Sequence record: PV796108.1
DNA: 64,000 nt
Reading direction: 5' to 3' (one strand)
Shown piece by piece: positions 27,279-35,992 of the stretch (position 1 is its first letter; every line of letters starts with the position of its first letter). The translations under genes and the position numbers were made by a program. The notes under the pieces are model-generated. The model saw only the letters and a program-made list of their open reading frames with translations. It searched no databases and was not told the origin of the DNA.

Positions 27279-28160
27279 ATGGCAGTAAAAGAACAAGTGA
27301 AGTTTAGACCAGACTTAGAAATCGTATCGGGGTGGCATTACGGAAGTGGTGTTCGCCCACCTATTCATGTTGGTTTCGGTATGAAGGAAACACTTGAAAG
27401 AGACTATCGTATTCGTGGTTATTTTGTTAAAGGTGGCGTATATATTTTATACGGGGGAAATGATGAAATCTTATATGTAGGAAAGGCCACGAACTTCGTA
27501 GCTAGATTACGAGAGCATGTGAAGCAGAATCCATATAAGATACAAGAAGAGATTGTTCGTGTTGAGATGATGAACGATGAGAATATGATTGAACTTGAGC
27601 CATATCAATATGCAGTAAAGAAGGGTATTAGCCCACTTACATTAATGCAAAGTTATTGGATTTACAAATTGAAACCGAAGTACAACCTCAAGTACAACAA
27701 GACTCACCTCAATGAATATTTAAGTGAAGGAAGTAAAAAAGTGAAAAAATATAACAGAAAATTAAACAACGATAAGTATGATGCAATGATTGGTAAGAAG
27801 TATTCACGATTAACAGTGAAGAGTTATTACAGAAAAGATTACTATGTTTATGTAAGATGTGAATGCGATTGTGGTAATTTGAAAGAAATCCAAGCAAGTA
27901 ATGTTTGGAAAGGACTTACAAAGAGCTGTGGTTGTATTTTAAGAAAGGACTTAACAGATAAACAAATTACGAATCTTGTTATCGCTGAACTACAAGCAGA
28001 ATGGAGTCATTATACTAAGCATGGTGATATCTCATTATGGGACAACAACTTTAATGAATTTGCAAATTGGGCATTAGAAACAGGTTTCGAATTAGGAAAC
28101 CGACTTGTTCCTAAAGACAGCAACGAATCACTTAGCTTAGATAATTACAATTGGGTTTAA
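27279..28160 (+). CDS. GIY-YIG nuclease fused to the same Cys repeat and degenerate C-terminal domain
   Basis: GVYILY...ILYVGKATN...RLREH; CECDCG...TKSCGC; WDNNFNEFANWALETG. Confidence 0.75.
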   Translation: MAVKEQVKFRPDLEIVSGWHYGSGVRPPIHVGFGMKETLERDYRIRGYFVKGGVYILYGGNDEILYVGKATNFVARLREHVKQNPYKIQEEIVRVEMMNDENMIELEPYQYAVKKGISPLTLMQSYWIYKLKPKYNLKYNKTHLNEYLSEGSKKVKKYNRKLNNDKYDAMIGKKYSRLTVKSYYRKDYYVYVRCECDCGNLKEIQASNVWKGLTKSCGCILRKDLTDKQITNLVIAELQAEWSHYTKHGDISLWDNNFNEFANWALETGFELGNRLVPKDSNESLSLDNYNWV

Positions 28161-28178
28161 TTGAAAGGGGGTGACGAT

Positions 28179-28529
28179 GTGATATCACACGGAAGTCTTC
28201 ATGCTATCAAACCAAAAGATTCAACAAAAGAAATTGTGAAACGTATTCCACTTGAAAAAGCAGAAGGATACGGCCAATATCTTTTAGAGGGAAAAGAAAA
28301 ATATTCTATTACTACTGTAGAAGGAACAACTAGAAGAGTAATAGAAGTGTTGCAACAATGTGCAGATGAATATGGTATTTATATTTCATGTAATTATAAT
28401 GAACCAGGCGGCTCTGAATGGGGAGAGAGTCGTGAAATATCTATTACATTTGGTAAGGTTGGTTTACATGATGGGATTAATTTGGGGACGAAGCTAGGGG
28501 GATTTGAAGAGGATGAAGAAAACGCATAA
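28179..28529 (+). CDS. hypothetical protein
   Basis: GTG start after aaagggggtga RBS. Confidence 0.65.
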   Translation: MISHGSLHAIKPKDSTKEIVKRIPLEKAEGYGQYLLEGKEKYSITTVEGTTRRVIEVLQQCADEYGIYISCNYNEPGGSEWGESREISITFGKVGLHDGINLGTKLGGFEEDEENA

Positions 28530-28872
28530 GCAAATGTTACATCTGATTGCAGCAGCTGGACTAAGCGTATCTGTATTATCTGGTTGCTCTGGTTATGATG
28601 CAGAGCAAGAACAAAAGAAAGATGATATCTCACAATGTGATCCAAAGAAAGATAAGTGTGAGAAACGTGAGCGTTCTGGTGGTGGGTTCTTCTGGGTACC
28701 GATTACTGGAAGTACAACAAGTGGTGGAACATCTGGGGCAACCTCAGGTTCTACTTCTGGTGTAGTAAGTGGAGGAGGAAGTAAAGCTTCTACATCATCA
28801 GGAGCTACTTCAGGAAGTACATCTGCACCATCAAGCGGTATTGGCACGGCAAAGGCTCCAGCAGGTTCTTAA
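28513..28872 (+). CDS. lipoprotein with Ser/Gly/Thr-rich tail (YgiB/DUF1190-like context)
   Basis: signal peptide with lipobox LSGC; C-x6-C; GGFFWVP; repeated SGATSGSTS. Confidence 0.8.
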   Translation: MKKTHKQMLHLIAAAGLSVSVLSGCSGYDAEQEQKKDDISQCDPKKDKCEKRERSGGGFFWVPITGSTTSGGTSGATSGSTSGVVSGGGSKASTSSGATSGSTSAPSSGIGTAKAPAGS

Positions 28873-28900
28873 TCTGTTGGAGTATACAAGGGGGAGAAAC

Positions 28901-30121
28901 ATGTTCAATCAAGAAAAGTACATTAAAGAGTTCTACGAAAAGAATGATGCATTAGTTGAAAAAGGTTTTTCATGGGGAACGCTTTACGAGAATGATGAAT
29001 GGAATCAGTACATGAGCTTAACTCCTATTCCTCTTTCAGAAGTTGCATATGAAAATATCTTGAAAGCAACTGCACAAGTTGCACGAGTGATTCAAAAGTT
29101 CTATTGGCATGTCTGGGATACTCCAGAAACCATGAACCGATTAAAGTTAAACCCACATGTGCTTGATGCAATTAAAGGTGGCAAAGATAATCTATTTAGT
29201 TATCTATGTAGATTTGATTTTATTATTAACGGTGATGAAATTAAGCTAATTGAGATTAATGCTGATACACCAACTGGTTTAGTTGAACCAAGTATTGCAA
29301 ACCGTTATTTAATAGAAGGAACTGATTACAAACATTTAAATAAGCATGAAGCATGTTTAAAAGATATGTGGTTCCAGTTCATGAAAAAGTACAAGATAGC
29401 TGACAGTGATTATATCTACTTCACAAGCTATGATTGGCATGATGAAGACAAGGAAACAACTGAAATGATTATGGAGCAATGTATTCATCCAAATAAAGAG
29501 TACATTGGGGTACAAGACATCTTAGTAAATGAGCAAGGTATATATGATGCTTACGGCAATCCTATTAAATATTTATACCGATTATATCCTCTTGAGTATT
29601 TACTAGATGACAAGGATGATGATGGTCGCCCAATTGGTCGATGGTTCTTAAAGCATATAGCAGATAAGAAAGTCATCATGTTGAATCCTCCATCTTCATT
29701 GATTCCACAACATAAAGGATTCTTATCTTTATTATGGAATGAATATGAAAAAGGAAACTTGTTCTCGGAAGAAGATAAGGAAGTTATTAGCAAGTACTTC
29801 TTACCTACTTACACGACACCAGGTTTATTAAAAGACTATGTAGAGAAACCAATCTTTGGTCGTGAAGGTGGGGGTATTCGTATTGTCACAAAAGATATGA
29901 AAGAAGAAGACAATACAGAATACTATCGCAATCAAGATATGATTTATCAGCAGTATGTGGAAATGCCGAAACAGGTTGTTGATACATGGGATGGACCATA
30001 TGAAGGACGACTACTTGTTGGGTCTCACTTCATTGGTGGTAAGCCAGCTGGTTTATTCTATCGTATTGGAGAACCAATCACAGGCAACTTATCAATGTTC
30101 GCACCAATCGGAATTAAATAG
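28901..30121 (+). CDS. glutathionylspermidine-synthase-family ATP-grasp ligase (YgiC/YjfC-like, no amidase domain)
   Basis: RFDF, LIEINADTPTG, YRLYPLE, KPIFGREG, YQQY; start MFNQEK (RBS ggggag). Confidence 0.9.
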   Translation: MFNQEKYIKEFYEKNDALVEKGFSWGTLYENDEWNQYMSLTPIPLSEVAYENILKATAQVARVIQKFYWHVWDTPETMNRLKLNPHVLDAIKGGKDNLFSYLCRFDFIINGDEIKLIEINADTPTGLVEPSIANRYLIEGTDYKHLNKHEACLKDMWFQFMKKYKIADSDYIYFTSYDWHDEDKETTEMIMEQCIHPNKEYIGVQDILVNEQGIYDAYGNPIKYLYRLYPLEYLLDDKDDDGRPIGRWFLKHIADKKVIMLNPPSSLIPQHKGFLSLLWNEYEKGNLFSEEDKEVISKYFLPTYTTPGLLKDYVEKPIFGREGGGIRIVTKDMKEEDNTEYYRNQDMIYQQYVEMPKQVVDTWDGPYEGRLLVGSHFIGGKPAGLFYRIGEPITGNLSMFAPIGIK

Positions 30122-30132
30122 GGGGAAACGAA

Positions 30133-30858
30133 ATGGTTATCAATTTAGAAAAAGCAACGAAGGACGCAAAAATCGTACTAGAGAAAAAGGAAATCTTTGG
30201 AGAGAAAGCGAATATTAAATTAGTGGTAGACCATTCAGGTTCTACAGGTTCTTTCTTCCGACATGGAGTTGTTCAAGCAACCATTGAACGTATTCTTGCT
30301 GTTGGTATGAACATGGATTCTAACAAGTCAATTGAAGTATATGCTTTCAACGGAAACGTTACATACATCGGAGAAGCAAATGAAAGCAATATCGAGGACT
30401 TTGTTAATAAAGTCTTCTTGAAGAAGGTTCGTGTTGAAGGTGGTACTTGTTATTCACCTGCAATGCAAGCTGTCGTACAAGATGTAGAGAAAGAACCTAA
30501 AGCACCTGGTCTTCTATCTAAGCTATTTGGAAAGAAAGAAGAGCCGACAATCGACAAGGACTTACCAACACTTGTATTCTTTGTTACTGATGGTGAGAAC
30601 TCTGACCAAAATGTTACAACATCTTACATGCAAGAAGTTTCATCGAAGCCAATCTTCTGGCAGTTCATCGGGATTGGTTATGACAAGATGCCATTCCTAG
30701 ATAAGCTGGATACGATGCAAGGTCGTGTTGTTGACAATGCAAACTTCATCCGTGCAAAAGATATTCAGAATATGACCAACAAAGAACTATACGAAGAAAT
30801 CTTAAATGAATATCCGTTATGGTTGAAGGAAGCACGCAAGCTGAAAATCACAAAATAA
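30133..30858 (+). CDS. vWA domain protein (vWA-TerF-like)
   Basis: MIDAS DHSGS...GGT...VTDG; FWQFIGIG; RVVDNANF. Confidence 0.85.
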   Translation: MVINLEKATKDAKIVLEKKEIFGEKANIKLVVDHSGSTGSFFRHGVVQATIERILAVGMNMDSNKSIEVYAFNGNVTYIGEANESNIEDFVNKVFLKKVRVEGGTCYSPAMQAVVQDVEKEPKAPGLLSKLFGKKEEPTIDKDLPTLVFFVTDGENSDQNVTTSYMQEVSSKPIFWQFIGIGYDKMPFLDKLDTMQGRVVDNANFIRAKDIQNMTNKELYEEILNEYPLWLKEARKLKITK

Positions 30859-30874
30859 TTGGGGAGGAACATTC

Positions 30875-31225
30875 ATGTTTAAAAGTTTAGAATGCGTATT
30901 AGTACCAGTTACAGATGTAGAGAAAGCTGTTGAGTTTTATCTATCAATGGGATTAAAAGAATCTTGGCGTATTGAACGAGAAGGTGGCTCAGTTCTGGTT
31001 GGATTAAAATTCCCAGACAAGAGAAGTTCTGAACTCGTTCTATCGTACAAAGGTGCTGTTCCAGAAATGGAAGTAGAAATTGCTGTTGGTAGTGTTCTTC
31101 ACACAGTGAAAAAATTGAAGAAGAATCCTGATGTAAAAATCATCGTAGAGCCTTTTGAAACAGAGTCAGGTAATGTAGCCGTATTCGAAGCACCAGATGG
31201 AAATGTATATGTAATTGTGGATTAA
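30875..31225 (+). CDS. VOC/glyoxalase-family protein
   Basis: VLVPVTDVEKAVEFYLSMG...FEAPDGN. Confidence 0.85.
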   Translation: MFKSLECVLVPVTDVEKAVEFYLSMGLKESWRIEREGGSVLVGLKFPDKRSSELVLSYKGAVPEMEVEIAVGSVLHTVKKLKKNPDVKIIVEPFETESGNVAVFEAPDGNVYVIVD

Positions 31226-31245
31226 GAAATAGGGGGAAACAACCA

Positions 31246-31941
31246 ATGCAAACAAAGAAGTTTTTATTTAATCGTAATCCTTTAAATATTTTACATGAAC
31301 GTAAGATTGAGCAGCCAAGTGTAGAGGTGTTGAAAAACACCCCTGCTCTTTGGAATGCTTCATTGGATGATGCAATTAAGTATGGCGGAGAGTTAACTCG
31401 TGCTGCACTAAGAGCAATGAACTTACAGTTTGATCGTAAGTATGTGGTAGTAGATACAAAGGTACATATGTTGATGCCTAATATGTGTCCAGCTATTCCG
31501 AACTGGCATAGTGACGGTGTACCAAGAGGAGCACAACTTCTTCCTGAAGCAAAAGAGCCACCAAATATATTTGCTCAAGAAGAAATGACAGATAGTAGAT
31601 TTCACCTACTTGTCACAGGTGAGCATTGCTTAACTGAGTTTCTTGATGGCCCGACATTGTTGGATGTTCCAGCTGAACCAGACACAGGTCTTTACTCTAT
31701 GGTGAATGAACAAGTTCGTCAGTTAATTAAAGATGGAAAGAGAAAGGTTATTACAGCTCCTAGTTGTACGCCAATTGAGTTTGATTGGTATGACATTCAT
31801 CGTGGTGTTGAATCTACAGGACATGAGTGGCGTTTCCTGATTCGTGTAACAGAAACAGACCATATGCCACCACAAACGGATTTACGTAAAATTATTCGTA
31901 CACAACAGCAAGTGTATGTGAAAAAAGATTTCGGTTGGTAA
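31246..31941 (+). CDS. 2OG-Fe(II) oxygenase-like protein
   Basis: PNWHSDGVPR (HxD), distal IHRG (His), R.LIRV. Confidence 0.7.
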   Translation: MQTKKFLFNRNPLNILHERKIEQPSVEVLKNTPALWNASLDDAIKYGGELTRAALRAMNLQFDRKYVVVDTKVHMLMPNMCPAIPNWHSDGVPRGAQLLPEAKEPPNIFAQEEMTDSRFHLLVTGEHCLTEFLDGPTLLDVPAEPDTGLYSMVNEQVRQLIKDGKRKVITAPSCTPIEFDWYDIHRGVESTGHEWRFLIRVTETDHMPPQTDLRKIIRTQQQVYVKKDFGW

Positions 31942-31953
31942 GGGGGAGTCATT

Positions 31954-32298
31954 ATGTCATCACGAGTATATGAAATGAAGCCTGGGGAAAAAATCCCTGA
32001 AAAGAGATATGTAGATGTACCAGAGAATGATATTTACAGAAAGCATAATATTGTAGATGGCGAAGCTTACATTGGTGTATATGATATTTTCGAACAACGA
32101 TTAGCCAAGCTAATTCATGATTTTGAACAAGAACATGGATTAGAAGTAGTCGCAAGTTTACAGCATTCTTATTATTCTAATGTTCATGACCAAAAGATTG
32201 TTTTACGTTGCAAGGAATTGGTACCAGAAGGTTCATTCGTTATAAGGAAAGAAACCGTTAAAGAGTGGGGGACTATGGAACATGGAGAGAACGGTTGA
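31954..32298 (+). CDS. hypothetical protein
   Basis: 114-aa ORF with RBS aggggga. Confidence 0.7.
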   Translation: MSSRVYEMKPGEKIPEKRYVDVPENDIYRKHNIVDGEAYIGVYDIFEQRLAKLIHDFEQEHGLEVVASLQHSYYSNVHDQKIVLRCKELVPEGSFVIRKETVKEWGTMEHGENG

Positions 32299-32875
32299 TA
32301 AAGAAATAAGACCATTTCTCAAAGAGCATCTTCATACATTGTATGGGGATGTTCCTATTTATGAGGAGTTAGCCATTGCATACCATAGTACGGTTGTAGA
32401 TATGGTTGTATTAGCACAAGGGGAATTAATTGGATTGGAAATTAAAAGCGGTAAAGACAATCTACGCCGACTTCCAACTCAAATCAAAAATTATGACAAG
32501 GTATTCTCACGTAATTATATTGTCGTAGATGACAACCACCTAGAGAAAGTAGAAAGAATGATTCCACATTACTGGGGAATTATACTTGCTTATCATGATG
32601 GCACAGGAGATGTATTCATTGAACTCTATCGTGATGCAGAAGAGAATCCGAACCAAGATGCTTATTGGGTTCTTGAGTTATTATGGAGAGATGAATTAAC
32701 GTATCTAATGAAGAAACATGAAATGTACCGTGGTATGTCAAAAGCTAGAATGGTAGAGAGGCGCCGTAAGTTATTGCTTCATCTATCATTATATGATACT
32801 GTACAAGAAGTCATTCATTTATTACCGCAACGAGATGGATGGAAAAGCAACAAAGAGGAGGAAGTAGAAGTATGA
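32282..32875 (+). CDS. sce7726-family PD-(D/E)xK nuclease-like protein
   Basis: EEL...VDM...GLEIKSGKDNLRRLPTQ..NY.KVF...WGI...LELLWRDEL. Confidence 0.75.
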   Translation: MERTVDKEIRPFLKEHLHTLYGDVPIYEELAIAYHSTVVDMVVLAQGELIGLEIKSGKDNLRRLPTQIKNYDKVFSRNYIVVDDNHLEKVERMIPHYWGIILAYHDGTGDVFIELYRDAEENPNQDAYWVLELLWRDELTYLMKKHEMYRGMSKARMVERRRKLLLHLSLYDTVQEVIHLLPQRDGWKSNKEEEVEV

Positions 32876-33456
32876 ACGCAGAAACTAAGAAGTTAGCACG
32901 CAAGATATTAGAAGCAAATGGCGTACATGGTTTAGAAGCATTAGCAAAAGAATCATCAATGGTTGAATTGATTGAAGGCTCTTTAAAACGTATTGCTGAA
33001 ACATATCAGAACCGTACCTATCTTGAAAAGGTTCAAATGACTGCTGAAACATTTGCAAAGATTGTTGAAACATTCCATTCTGAATACATGGAGCAAGATC
33101 AGTACACAGAAGAATTTGGTAAAGAGTTCTTCTATCTGATTGGTCACTTATTAAATGAAGAAATTCCTACTCGTTTAGAATATGTAGACATCAATGAGTT
33201 AACACCAGCTATTAATGAGATTTTAGCAGAGCAGACTCTTGTTAAACAAGAAGTAAAACGTGTTCCGATTAAATTAACAGAGGAGCAAAAACTTCAGCTA
33301 GAAGAGTTAAGTTCATTATCAAAAGAAGCACTAGCTCAAGAAATATTGATTCTTCAAAACAAATTAGAGGTTGCTACTGCATGGTGGACACATCATGCTG
33401 ATGAAGAAATGAGACTTCGTGAAAAAATTCATAATATGAAGTCATCAAATAAGTAA
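32872..33456 (+). CDS. hypothetical helical protein
   Basis: ATGA overlap with upstream gene, RBS gaggagg. Confidence 0.7.
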   Translation: MNAETKKLARKILEANGVHGLEALAKESSMVELIEGSLKRIAETYQNRTYLEKVQMTAETFAKIVETFHSEYMEQDQYTEEFGKEFFYLIGHLLNEEIPTRLEYVDINELTPAINEILAEQTLVKQEVKRVPIKLTEEQKLQLEELSSLSKEALAQEILILQNKLEVATAWWTHHADEEMRLREKIHNMKSSNK

Positions 33457-33460
33457 AGAC

Positions 33461-33490
33461 AAGAGGGGGCTTCGGCTCTCTTTTTTATTT
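33461..33490 (+). terminator. intrinsic terminator ending the + strand block
   Basis: AGAGGGGGC-TTCG-GCTCTCT plus T tract. Confidence 0.85.
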
Positions 33491-33525
33491 GTGTTTCATT
33501 ATGTATGGTGGAAGTGTGCCGCTAT

Positions 33526-33562
33526 AAAAAGAAAAGACGACCTTAAAGGTCGCCTTTCTTTT
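33526..33562 (-). terminator. intrinsic terminator ending the lysis operon
   Basis: minus strand GCGACCT-tta-AGGTCGT followed by CTTTTCTTTTT. Confidence 0.7.
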
Positions 33563-33779
33563 CTTCTTGTGCTGCTTCTTCAGCAGGGTCTTTGATGCCA
33601 GTACCGATAGATGGGTTGTTGATAACACCAGCTAATACAAGAACATAAAGAACTTTTTCTACATAGTCATTGTAATGACCTAAGTCAGTTAAATAACCTG
33701 CATCCATAAGTCCCATTCCAATTAAACCAGCTACAGCTACCCATAGTACATAGTTTTGAAAACGGCTTTGAGTCTTCAT
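33543..33779 (-). CDS. holin (small, two transmembrane helices)
   Basis: SRFQNYVLWVAV...VLVLAGVINNP directly after endolysin. Confidence 0.85.
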   Translation of the reverse strand: MKTQSRFQNYVLWVAVAGLIGMGLMDAGYLTDLGHYNDYVEKVLYVLVLAGVINNPSIGTGIKDPAEEAAQEEKKGDL

Positions 33780-33797
33780 GCATACACTCCTTTTAAA

Positions 33798-34787
33798 TTA
33801 CTTTACTTTTACGTACTCTGGAGCAGCAGTGATGTAAATACCAGATTTGGTTTTATACATCTTAGAGCCATTCACAGTTAGTACTTCAGTGATTGTTAAG
33901 GCTTCTCCAGCGTTTAGCTGTTTTACTTTGTCGTTCCAGTTCGCTGAACCATATACCCAAAGTCCATCAACTAAAACCACCACAAGTTTTCCTACTTCAC
34001 TAGCTTGTAGCGCTGGGGTAAAATCCACGAAGTCCTTGATAATCCAAGCGTCACCGCCGACATTGTACCATCCGTTTTGTTCGCCCCATACTACATAAGT
34101 CTCGCCTTGACGAGCTTTACCGTCACCTTGGTAACCAGTACCAGGAGCGATATCATAGTTTGTGCCTGGACCTTTACGGATGTTTACTACATCACCTGTT
34201 ACAGTTAATGTTCCGTAACGACCATCAGATGGAGGAGCTACAGTACTGCCACCGCCAGTAGAACCGCCGCCGCCAACAGTTTGACCTGTTAATGCTTTAA
34301 CAATAGAAGTAGCAATCTTGTCTGTATTCCATTTACCCATGTCTCCAGCATTGTCGATGAAGCCCATCTCAATTAGGATTGCAGGTGCAGCCGTGTTGTT
34401 TAACACATAAAGGTCAGTACGAGGTTTAGCTCCACGGTTAGACCAACCAATGTCATCAGACAATTGTTTAGAAACCTTAGCAGCTAAAGCTTGTTGATCG
34501 TAGTAACAAACCTCAACACCATTTGCAGTCCCATTGAAAGCATTTAAGTGAAGCGAGATGTCTAAGTCTACCTTATGAGCGTTACACTTTTTCACGATGT
34601 TTACTAGGTTAGCAGATTGAGTAGAACCCACTTCATCAGTACAGTCATAAACTGTATGACCAAGGCTACGAAGTTTCGCAATTAAAGCATCCTTTACCTG
34701 ACGGTCAAGTAAATGCTCTTTCCCATATTGAGAGTTCGCCCCTTGTACGATTCCGTTGTGACCACCGTGTACGTTATAAGTTGCCAT
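33798..34787 (-). CDS. endolysin: N-acetylmuramoyl-L-alanine amidase (Amidase_3) + SH3b + C-terminal binding domain
   Basis: HGGH...E...SLHLNA...LIEMGF; Gly-rich linker; VNIRKGPGTNY...WGEQNGWYNVG. Confidence 0.93.
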   Translation of the reverse strand: MATYNVHGGHNGIVQGANSQYGKEHLLDRQVKDALIAKLRSLGHTVYDCTDEVGSTQSANLVNIVKKCNAHKVDLDISLHLNAFNGTANGVEVCYYDQQALAAKVSKQLSDDIGWSNRGAKPRTDLYVLNNTAAPAILIEMGFIDNAGDMGKWNTDKIATSIVKALTGQTVGGGGSTGGGSTVAPPSDGRYGTLTVTGDVVNIRKGPGTNYDIAPGTGYQGDGKARQGETYVVWGEQNGWYNVGGDAWIIKDFVDFTPALQASEVGKLVVVLVDGLWVYGSANWNDKVKQLNAGEALTITEVLTVNGSKMYKTKSGIYITAAPEYVKVK

Positions 34788-34821
34788 TGAATCATCTCCT
34801 ATTAAATTATTCGACAATCAC

Positions 34822-35424
34822 TTACAAATTACGTGGCAAGGATTGTCGTGCGTGATGTGGTAATCCCTTTTCTAAATTGTCTAAATGAACATCGTGTAGA
34901 TGGCGTAAAGCCAACTGGATTACCACGATAGACAATATGATTTGTAAAATGAATCCGATAATAGTGTAGTAATCAAATGGAGTTGTATGTTGGTGTATCC
35001 CAAGCCAACTAAAGACTGGCAATGTCATTGCTAACGTTCTAATAGAAAAAGAGAATACGATTACACAATAGAGGATGTGCATAGAAGATTGTAAGTGCTT
35101 CTCTAAATAACGGTAACACCAGACTGCACTAAAGAGATACAAACTATTTATAACCATTAGACTCAGAAATGTATAGTCCTGAACCACATTTTTTTCAAAA
35201 AAGAAAGTAACGATTGTCCAAAGTAAAGCTAGAGGAAAGCTGATTGCATATCCTCCAACTAAAACTGCGAATAAAGCGGGGATTGCGGCAATGTCTATCA
35301 TTCTGGAATCTGATAGTGGGATGTACCCTAATTTTGTACCTGCTAATGCTAGCACAGGTAATGAAAAGAAAATGCCTACTAATAATCTACTTTTTAACAT
35401 ACACATTCTGCTATGGTGTTTCAT
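34822..35424 (-). CDS. multi-pass membrane protein resembling an ECF transporter S component
   Basis: five to six hydrophobic helices; LGYIPL...IAAIPALFAVLVGG resembles PanT-type S components. Confidence 0.5.
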   Translation of the reverse strand: MKHHSRMCMLKSRLLVGIFFSLPVLALAGTKLGYIPLSDSRMIDIAAIPALFAVLVGGYAISFPLALLWTIVTFFFEKNVVQDYTFLSLMVINSLYLFSAVWCYRYLEKHLQSSMHILYCVIVFSFSIRTLAMTLPVFSWLGIHQHTTPFDYYTIIGFILQIILSIVVIQLALRHLHDVHLDNLEKGLPHHARQSLPRNL

Positions 35425-35947
35425 GTTTATTCACATCCTTTTCTGTAACTTCCCCTTCGTTTGTTGGAGTAGCTACTGTTGGTTGCGGCTGACCCTCCTG
35501 GTCTGCTTGTTTTTGTTCTTCCAATAAACCTTCAGGCATTTTAGGACGAACCATAGCCATGTATAATGTCTCTAAGTGCATTGCTAATTTCACATGACCT
35601 AGTTTAGCAGTATTCTTGATAGAGGAAAGAATCTCTAAACCTACCAACATAGTGATAAGCGCCCATCTAGAAGTGTCTGGAAGACCAGCTACCATGTCGA
35701 ATGCATGAAACATTATAATCCATAAAGAGTACCCGAAGATTTTGTTTGCTAACTTAGAACCAAGTAAACCCCAAGTGAAGGTTTTCTCCTTTCTTGCTAC
35801 TTGAACACCGAACCATAAGTCAACTAAGATTACTGCAACAAGGTAAGACATTTGGATATCAACAGGACCCAATAGAAAAACTATCAATCCTTTGATGTAC
35901 AACATCGGTTCTTGTAAATGTGTTAATAAAGAAGTATGCCAGTTCAT
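35411..35947 (-). CDS. holin (Phage_holin_4_1/TcdE-like)
   Basis: VILVDLWFGV...KLANKI...EILSSIKNTAKLG. Confidence 0.8.
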   Translation of the reverse strand: MNWHTSLLTHLQEPMLYIKGLIVFLLGPVDIQMSYLVAVILVDLWFGVQVARKEKTFTWGLLGSKLANKIFGYSLWIIMFHAFDMVAGLPDTSRWALITMLVGLEILSSIKNTAKLGHVKLAMHLETLYMAMVRPKMPEGLLEEQKQADQEGQPQPTVATPTNEGEVTEKDVNKHETP

Positions 35948-35992
35948 AACATCAACCCGCTTTCGTAGGAATATTCCTCCCCAATGGAACTC

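Noticed and set aside
28593-28847. Pro-rich minus-strand ORF
   Set aside because: Antisense shadow of the Gly/Ser-rich lipoprotein tail
28901-30121. Bona fide bifunctional glutathionylspermidine synthetase/amidase
   Set aside because: No CHAP amidase domain; context matches YgiC/YjfC-like ligases; the likely host lacks glutathione
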